From positions 1 through 18,795 of the forward strand of contig CBDHHL010000002.1 of the NCBI GenBank assembly GCA_965263355.1: 18,795 nt of DNA, read 5' to 3'. Position numbers and translations under genes: made by a program. This document shows, in pieces, positions 9,401 to 18,400 of the stretch. The stretch comes from Leptolyngbyaceae cyanobacterium. GTDB lineage: Bacteria > Cyanobacteriota > Cyanobacteriia > Phormidesmidales > Phormidesmidaceae. Each line of letters opens with the position of its first letter. The stretch's first letter is position 1. The notes under the pieces were generated by a model that saw only the letters and a list, made by a program, of their open reading frames with translations, searched no databases and was not told where the DNA came from.

Positions 9401-12400
9401 CGTAAGTGTATGGCCTTACCCCATCATTAACTGTTATATTAATGTTTCCATCAGCAGCGGCATTACAGCTCACATCATTGTGGTCCACATCTAAAATAAT
9501 TGGGTCTGGTTCTTCAATAGTTACGCTCATGTTTTGCGCACAGCCCATGGCATCGAGGATCTCAACCTGGTAAGTTCCAGAAGTTAAATTGGATAAATCT
9601 CGCGTATTAGCTCCATTTGACCAATTGTAAGAATAAGGAGGGATACCTCCTCTAACAATCAAGTTGATATAACCATCTTGCTGTTCATTACAAGTCATAT
9701 TCTTATAATCAGCCGAGACTAAGAATTCTTCTGGCTCATTGATGGTAGCAGTAAAGGACTCTATACAATTGTTACTATCAGTAATCAATACATTGTAAGC
9801 GCCTGCGGGTAATGCATTAATATCTCCTATTAGTTCACCGTTTAATGCACTGAATGTGCTTACAGTATAATCACCGGATCCACCAGAAATACTTAGCTCA
9901 ATTCGACCATCATTTCCTCCTTTACAACTTACATCAACCGTGGACCATTCAGGAACGATTTGGTCGGAATCGTTAATCGTTATACTTTCTGTAACAATAC
10001 AATCATTGGCATCTCTAACAAATACTGTATAAAGTGATGCCGATAAATTATCTAAGTCTTGCGTTGTAAATTCTGTAGTCCAGTTAAATGCAGATATTTC
10101 ATATGGAGGATTACCACCAGTTACATTTACATCAATCCGTCCATCTTGTTCTCCAAAACATGTTGCGTCAAATCCGGTTAAGGAAATATTTATAGGATCA
10201 GGAGCTGTTATGGTAAAGATACCGACCAATTCACAACCATTAGCATCGGTTACAGTAACACTATGATTACCAACCGCTAATTCACTTCTATTTCTAAATG
10301 TTCTACCATCTTCCCATAGATAGTCGTATGGCGGTGTACCACCACTCACAACAATCTCGATGCTACCATCTTCTTCATCCGCACAAGTGGTTGGGAATTC
10401 ATCTACCGCCCAGAAGTACATTGCTTCAGGTTCCATAATTGTTGCCTGACAAGTAGAAATTACTGTTGGCGAATTAGCATCCCTTACGTATACTGTATAA
10501 ATCCCTTTAGGTAAGTTTTCAAATACATTATTTGCTGAATAATTGGATCCATCCAGGCTATATTCAAATACACCCGACCCTCCAATGCCATTTGCCGTAA
10601 TTATTCCATTTGAAGCACCTGCACAATCAATATGGCTTTCCAAAACATTACAGCTTAATGCCGTTGGCTCGTTTACAGTTGCTTGACAAGTTGTAGTACA
10701 ATCATTGGCATCTGTCACAGTCACGGTATAAGTATCTCCAGATAAGCCATTAATATCCTCTGTGGTAGCTCCATTTGACCATTCAAAAGTATATGGTAAT
10801 GTACCACCTTGAACAGTAAGATCTATTGAGCCATCTTGTAGTCCAGCACCGCTAACGTTTGTTGGAACTATACTTTCGCATGTAAGCAATTGAGGTTCAA
10901 CAATTTCAAAGGTTACTGTGGTAATACAATTTTGAGCATCCGTTACTGTTACCGTATAATCATTTGTGGTTAATCCGTTGATATCTTGAGTAATAGCTCC
11001 TGTCGACCATAGATATTCATATGGAGCTGTTCCACCTGTAATTTCAATATCAATGGAGCCATCTGCTTCACCAAAGCAAGAAATATTCGTAATATTTTCG
11101 GTAACAACTAATTGTTCAGGTTCCGTGATTTCTATGGTCTGAGTAGCTACGCAGCCTCTTGCATCCGTAACTTCTACTGAGTATGAGCCGGCTGTTAAGC
11201 TATTGATATTTCTGGAAATTTGACCGCTTGACCACTCGAATGTATATGGTTGAGTTCCACCATTTACAGTGAGTGAAATATTACCATCATTTCCACCAAA
11301 ACAACTTACATTATCCTTAGACACTGACAATGTGAGAAGAGCTGGTTCATTCACAACAAAATTAGCTGTGGTTACGCATTCTTTATCATCAGTAATTGTC
11401 ACACTATATTGGCCATCCTCTAATCCGATAATATCTTCACTGGTTGATCCATTAGACCAAATGAAGTTATATGGAGGAGTACCACCGGTAGGAGCCAAAT
11501 CTATTCTACCATCATTTGCATCCATACAGGTGACATCAATCACATTTGCTAAATAAGCCAACTCAAGTGGCGCAAGAATTTCAATTGTTGTAGTTGAAGA
11601 ACACCCATTTGCGTCAATAACCTCTACAGAATAGCTTCCTGCGGCTAAACCTTCTTGGTCTTTAGTTGTAGCACCATTCGACCAGAAGTATTCATAAGGT
11701 GCGACCCCTCCGAATACGTTAAGTTCTACACTTCCGTCCGTACTACCGAAGCAGCTTATTGCTTCAATATCTGCACCTATTTCAAGTAGTTTTGGTTCGG
11801 TAACAGTTATTGTTGTATTTCCGGTACAACCATTAGCATCTATTACTGCTACTGTGTAATTTCCTGCTTCAAGGCCATTTACATCTTCATTTAATGATCC
11901 ATTTGACCATACAAAGTTATAAGGTGGCGATCCACCACTGATTGTTAAATCAATGGCTCCATCCGCATAACCATTACAACTAACATTTGTCACATCAAAT
12001 GCGATTCCAAGTCCACTCGATTCTGCGATAGTAACCTGTGCGGTGGCTGTACAGTTATTTGCATCGGTTACGGTCACTGTATATACGCCCGACAATAACT
12101 CATCAATTGCGGAGGTCGTTTCTCCATTACTCCAGAGATATTCATAAGGAGGCAACCCTCCATTTACGGAAACTTCTGCCGACCCCATTGAATTTCCTTC
12201 ACATCCCGCCCCCATAAATGAGGTAATTACAGCTAAAGGTCCTTCCGGTTCAACTAATTCAATGACTTCGTCAAAGATTTCTACACATTCACCTTCGCAA
12301 TATCTAGCCTCAATACTGTAAGTTCCTTGTGGCAAGCCGGTGAATGTTCTATCCGTTTGCCAGTTTTCTCCATCAATGCTGAATTCAATACAAGAATCGG

Positions 12401-15400
12401 ATGGATCCTCTGCAACCAATGTTATTGATCCATCACTTCCATCACATGAAGGCATGATAACTGAGTAATCAGTAATCTGTTCAGTAGGTTTTGTTCTTAC
12501 TTTTACGAATCTTTCAAATGAAGATTGACAACCATCTAATGTGGCGGTTAATGTGACACTTACGGAAGATGCTCCTTCATCAGTACTGTACTCTACATCA
12601 TGTGGTCCAGCTCCTGAACCAACAGATGGAATTGCTCCTTCTCCAAAGTTCCATTCATAAGTTGCTCCATCTTGAGCAAATGGAAGACTGTAAGTTACTT
12701 CCTTGCCTTCACAAACTACCTCATCAGAAACGTCAAATACTGCAACCGGTAATGGTTTAATGGTAACATCTACTATACTAGTAGCTGTACATCCATTCGC
12801 GTCGGTAGCAGTTACTGAATATGTTGTATTTTCTGTTGGGTTAACAACATGTTGAGCACCTTCTCCCAATTCATGATCCCAAACATAGACATATGGCTCT
12901 ACGCCATTTGCTCCTTGGGCACTAATGGTAACTTCTTCGCCAGGACATATTGATTGATCAGGACCGGCATTAACAGTAATTGGTTCTGTAGGTGCCGTAA
13001 TTTCAACTTGAGCAGTTGCTGTACAATTATTGGCATCAGTCACGGTCATGGTATATTCTCCAGCCGATAATCCTTCTGCAATTGCGCCTTCTCCTCCCGT
13101 ACTCCATAAATAGGTGTATGGTTCCTGACCTCCTTCCACTTCTACCCTAGCAATACCATCAGCTCCGTCGACACATGAAACTTGTTGTGTAACAGAAATA
13201 CTTGCAGTTGGCAACTCTGGATTTACTAATACCACTTCTGTATCTGCTACTTCGATACATTCTTCTCCACTATATCTTGCATAGATCTTATAACTTCCTG
13301 CTGTCAATCCACTAAATGTTCTTTCCGTCTGCCAACTCAAACTGTCCAAACTAAACTCTAAGGTTGCATCTACCGGGTCGTCCGCCAAGATCGTTATTGC
13401 TCCATCATCTCCTGTACATGTTGGTTGTACGACTACTATATCATCTATTTGTTCCAGTGAACTTGGGCGTACTTTAAAGCTTCTTGTACGTGTTGATATA
13501 CAACCATCTTTCTCTGCTGTTAAAGTTACTTCTACACTTGATAGGCCTCCTTCTGCTGAATACATCACATCATGCGGACCTGCTCCTATTGCACTTGATG
13601 GGTTTGCTCCTACTCCAAAGTCCCAAGTGTAGATTACTCCTTCTTCTTCTCCATCTCTTTGGAATGTCAATATTTCTCCTTCACATATATTTTCTTCCGG
13701 TGCATCAAAGGAGGCTATTGGCAATGGTTTCACCGTTATCTCTACACTTCCTGTCACTGTACATCCATCTGCATCTGTCACAATCACTGTGTAGGTTGTC
13801 GTGCTCAATGGACTTACTGTCTGGCTTGCTCCCGTTACACTTGCATCATTATCCCAACTGTAAGTGTATCCTCCTGCTCCTTCACTTGCTGTAGCTGTTA
13901 TTTCTACACTCTCTCCTACACATATCTCTGCTGCAGGACCTACTACTACTTCCGGTGCACTTGCTGGACCTCCTATTGTAATCGTTTCGGTGGCGATACA
14001 ATCATTGGCATCTGTTACTGTTACTTCATATGTACCAGCTGCTATACCAACTAATGATGCTGTCGTTTCTCCTGTATTCCAGCTATAATCGTATGGAGGT
14101 GTACCTCCCTGACCTTGCACTTCTACATTACCATCACTTTCTCCAAAGCACGATACATCGTTTCTTCCTAATATTGCTATGCTCACTCCACTTAGTGGGC
14201 CTCCTATCGTTACATCCAATGTCATGCTACATAGGTTCGCATCAGTAATTGTTACTGTGTAAACTCCACTTCCTACTCCTGTTAGCTCATTGCCTGTCTG
14301 GCCATTGCTCCAGTTGTAGCTGTATGGTTCTGTTCCTCCACTTGCTGTTACTGTGGCTGATCCTGTTGCTTCTCCAAAGCATTCTACATCTTCCTGTGCT
14401 GTTATTGTCGCACTTAATGGTGCTAATGGCTCATTTATGGTCACACTTGCTGTCGCTATACAGTTATTTTCATCCGTCACTGTTACATCATATGTACCTG
14501 CTTCTAATCCACTTATCGTTGCTGTGGTTGCTCCATTACTCCATAAATAGTCATATGTTCCACTTCCTCCACTTGCCGTTACTGTCGCACTTCCTGTTGA
14601 TGCTCCATTACACAGTACATCTTCACTTGCTGTTATACTTGCAGTTGGCAACTCTGGATTTACTAATACCACCTCTGTATCTGCTACTTCGATACATTCT
14701 TCTCCACTATATCTTGCATAGATCTTATAACTTCCTGCTGTCAATCCACTAAATGTTCTTTCCGTCTGCCAACTCAAACTGTCCAAACTAAACTCTAAAG
14801 TTGCATCTACCGGGTCGTCCGCCAAGATCGTTATTGCTCCATCATCTCCTGTACATGTTGGTTGTACGACTACTATATCATCTATTTGTTCCAGTGAACT
14901 TGGGCGTACTTTAAAGCTTCTTGTACGTGTTGATATACAACCATCTTTCTCTGCTGTTAAAGTTACTTCTACACTTGATAGGCCTCCTTCTGCTGAATAC
15001 ATCACATCATGCGGACCTGCTCCTATTGCACTTGATGGGTTTGCTCCTACTCCAAAGTCCCAAGTGTAGATTACTCCTTCTTCTTCTCCATCTCTTTGGA
15101 ATGTCAATATTTCTCCTTCACATATATTTTCTTCCGGTGCATCAAAGGAGGCTATTGGTAATGGTTTCACCGTTATCTCTACACTTCCTGTCACTGTACA
15201 TCCATCTGCATCTGTCACAATCACTGTGTAGGTTGTCGTGCTCAATGGACTTACTGTCTGGCTTGCTCCCGTTACACTTGCATCATTATCCCAACTGTAA
15301 GTGTATCCTCCTGCTCCTTCACTTGCTGTAGCTGTTATTTCTACACTCTCTCCTACACATATCTCTGCTGCAGGACCTACTACTACTTCCGGTGCGCTTG

Positions 15401-18400
15401 CTGGACCTCCTATTGTAATCGTTTCGGTGGCGATACAATCATTGGCATCTGTTACTGTTACTTCATATGTACCAGCTGCTATACCAACTAATGATGCTGT
15501 CGTTTCTCCTGTATTCCAGCTATAATCGTATGGAGGTGTACCTCCCTGACCTTGTACTTCTACATTACCATCACTTTCTCCAAAGCACGATACATCGTTT
15601 CTTCCTAATATTGCTATGCTCACTCCACTTAGTGGGCCTCCTATCGTTACATCCAATGTCATGCTACATAGGTTCGCATCAGTAATTGTTACTGTGTAAA
15701 CTCCACTTCCTACTCCTGTTAGCTCATTGCCTGTCTGGCCATTGCTCCAGTTGTAGCTGTATGGTTCTGTTCCTCCACTTGCTGTTACTGTGGCTGATCC
15801 TGTTGCTTCTCCAAAGCATTCTACATCTTCCTGTGCTGTTATTGTCGCACTTAATGGTGCTAATGGCTCATTTATGGTCACACTTGCTGTCGCTATACAG
15901 TTATTTTCATCCGTCACTGTTACATCATATGTACCTGCTTCTAATCCACTTATCGTTGCTGTGGTTGCTCCATTACTCCATAAATAGTCATATGTTCCAC
16001 TTCCTCCACTTGCCGTTACTGTCGCACTTCCTGTTGATGCTCCATTACACAGTACATCTTCACTTGCCGTTATACTTGCAGTTGGCAACTCTGGATTTAC
16101 TAATACCACCTCTGTATCTGCTACTTCGATACATTCTTCCCCACTATATCTTGCATAGATCTTATAACTTCCTGCTGTCAATCCACTAAATGTTCTTTCC
16201 GTCTGCCAACTCAAACTGTCCAAACTAAACTCTAAAGTTGCATCTACCGGGTCGTCCGCCAAGATCGTTATTGCTCCATCATCTCCTGTACATGTTGGTT
16301 GTACGACTACTATATCATCTATTTGTTCCAGTGAACTTGGACGTACTTTAAAGCTTCTTGTACGTGTTGATATACAACCATCTTTCTCTGCTGTTAAAGT
16401 TACTTCTACACTTGATAGGCCTCCTTCTGCTGAATACATCACATCATGCGGACCTGCTCCTATTGCACTTGATGGGTTTGCTCCTACTCCAAAGTCCCAA
16501 GTGTAGATTACTCCTTCTTCTTCTCCATCTCTTTGGAATGTCAATATTTCTCCTTCACATATATTTTCTTCCGGTGCATCAAAGGAGGCTATTGGCAATG
16601 GTTTCACCGTTATCTCTACACTTCCTGTCACTGTACATCCATCTGCATCTGTCACAATCACTGTGTAGGTTGTCGTGCTCAATGGACTTACTGTCTGGCT
16701 TGCTCCCGTTACACTTGCATCATTATCCCAACTGTAAGTGTATCCTCCTGCTCCTTCACTTGCTGTAGCTGTTATTTCTACACTCTCTCCTACACATATC
16801 TCTGCTGCAGGACCTACTACTACTTCCGGTGCGCTTGCTGGACCTCCTATTGTAATCGTTTCGGTGGCGATACAATCATTGGCATCTGTTACTGTTACTT
16901 CATATGTACCAGCTGCTATACCAACTAATGATGCTGTCGTTTCTCCTGTATTCCAGCTATAATCGTATGGAGGTGTACCTCCCTGACCTTGTACTTCTAC
17001 ATTACCATCACTTTCTCCAAAGCACGATACATCGTTTCTTCCTAATATTGCTATGCTCACTCCACTTAGTGGGCCTCCTATCGTTACATCCAATGTCATG
17101 CTACATAGGTTCGCATCAGTAATTGTTACTGTGTAAACTCCACTTCCTACTCCTGTTAGCTCATTGCCTGTCTGGCCATTGCTCCAGCTATAACTGTATG
17201 GTTCTGTTCCTCCACTTGCTGTTACTGTGGCTGATCCTGTTGCTTCTCCAAAGCATTCTACATCTTCCTGTGCTGTTATTGTCGCACTTAATGGTGCTAA
17301 TGGCTCATTTATGGTCACACTTGCTGTCGCTATACAGTTATTTTCATCCGTCACTGTTACATCATATGTACCTGCTTCTAATCCACTTATCGTTGCTGTG
17401 GTTGCTCCATTACTCCATAAATAGTCATATGTTCCACTTCCTCCACTTGCCGTTACTGTCGCACTTCCTGTTGATGCTCCATTACACAGTACATCTTCAC
17501 TTGCCGTTATACTTGCAGTTGGCAACTCTGGATTTACTAATACCACCTCTGTATCTGCTACTTCGATACATTCTTCCCCACTATATCTTGCATAGATCTT
17601 ATAACTTCCTGCTGTCAATCCACTAAATGTTCTTTCCGTCTGCCAACTCAAACTGTCCAAACTAAACTCTAAAGTTGCATCTACCGGGTCGTCCGCCAAG
17701 ATCGTTATTGCTCCATCATCTCCCGCACATGTTGGTTGTACGACTACTATATCATCTATTTGTTCCAGTGAACTTGGACGTACTTTAAAGCTTCTTGTAC
17801 GTGTTGATATACAATCACCTCTTACTGCTGTTAAGGTTACCTCCACACTTGATAAACTGCCATCAGCAGAATACCATACCTCATGAGGACCAGGTCCATT
17901 AGCACTCGATGGATTTGCTCCTACTCCAAAGTCCCAGGTATAAGTTACTCCTTCCTCATCCCCATCCCTCACAAAAACCACTATTTCTCCTTCACATACA
18001 TTTTCTTCTGGTGCACTAAAGGAAGCAATTGGAGGAACTGGAGCAGGATCAACTTCAACTGTTGCTTCTGCGGTACAAAGATTAATTGGATTAGTAGCTG
18101 TTACAGTATAAGTTCCACTTTCTGAAACAACTGGGTTAGGTAGGTTTGATGTAAATCCGTTTGGTCCTACCCAAGCAAATGTTGCTCCATCAATTCCAGA
18201 TGTAGCTTGTAAAGTAACCTCGGTAATGATACAAGTGAAAGCACCAATTACCTCCGCATCTACATCAATTGCACATTCATCAGAGCATCTTAATATAGGA
18301 GGATCTACAATTAATGTTGTTGTGCATGTGTTTGCACTTTGATCCTCAAATTCGAATGTAACGGCACCATCATCATAAGAATAAGGGCCAAATGTTACAG

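Noticed and set aside
4339..12760. Scattered short plus-strand ORFs (61-95 aa)
   Set aside because: All lie antisense to gene A and reflect its codon pattern.
13484..17626. Repeated Leu/His-rich and Cys/Tyr-rich plus-strand ORFs (65-167 aa) resembling membrane or metal-binding peptides
   Set aside because: They are by-products of the purine-rich codon bias in the 1437-bp repeat and recur only because the DNA is repeated.
13198..17814. CRISPR array, insertion sequence or DGR template/variable repeat interpretation
   Set aside because: The units are contiguous, in frame and 1437 bp long. There are no spacers, terminal inverted repeats, transposase or reverse transcriptase, and the few differences are mostly synonymous rather than diversifying.
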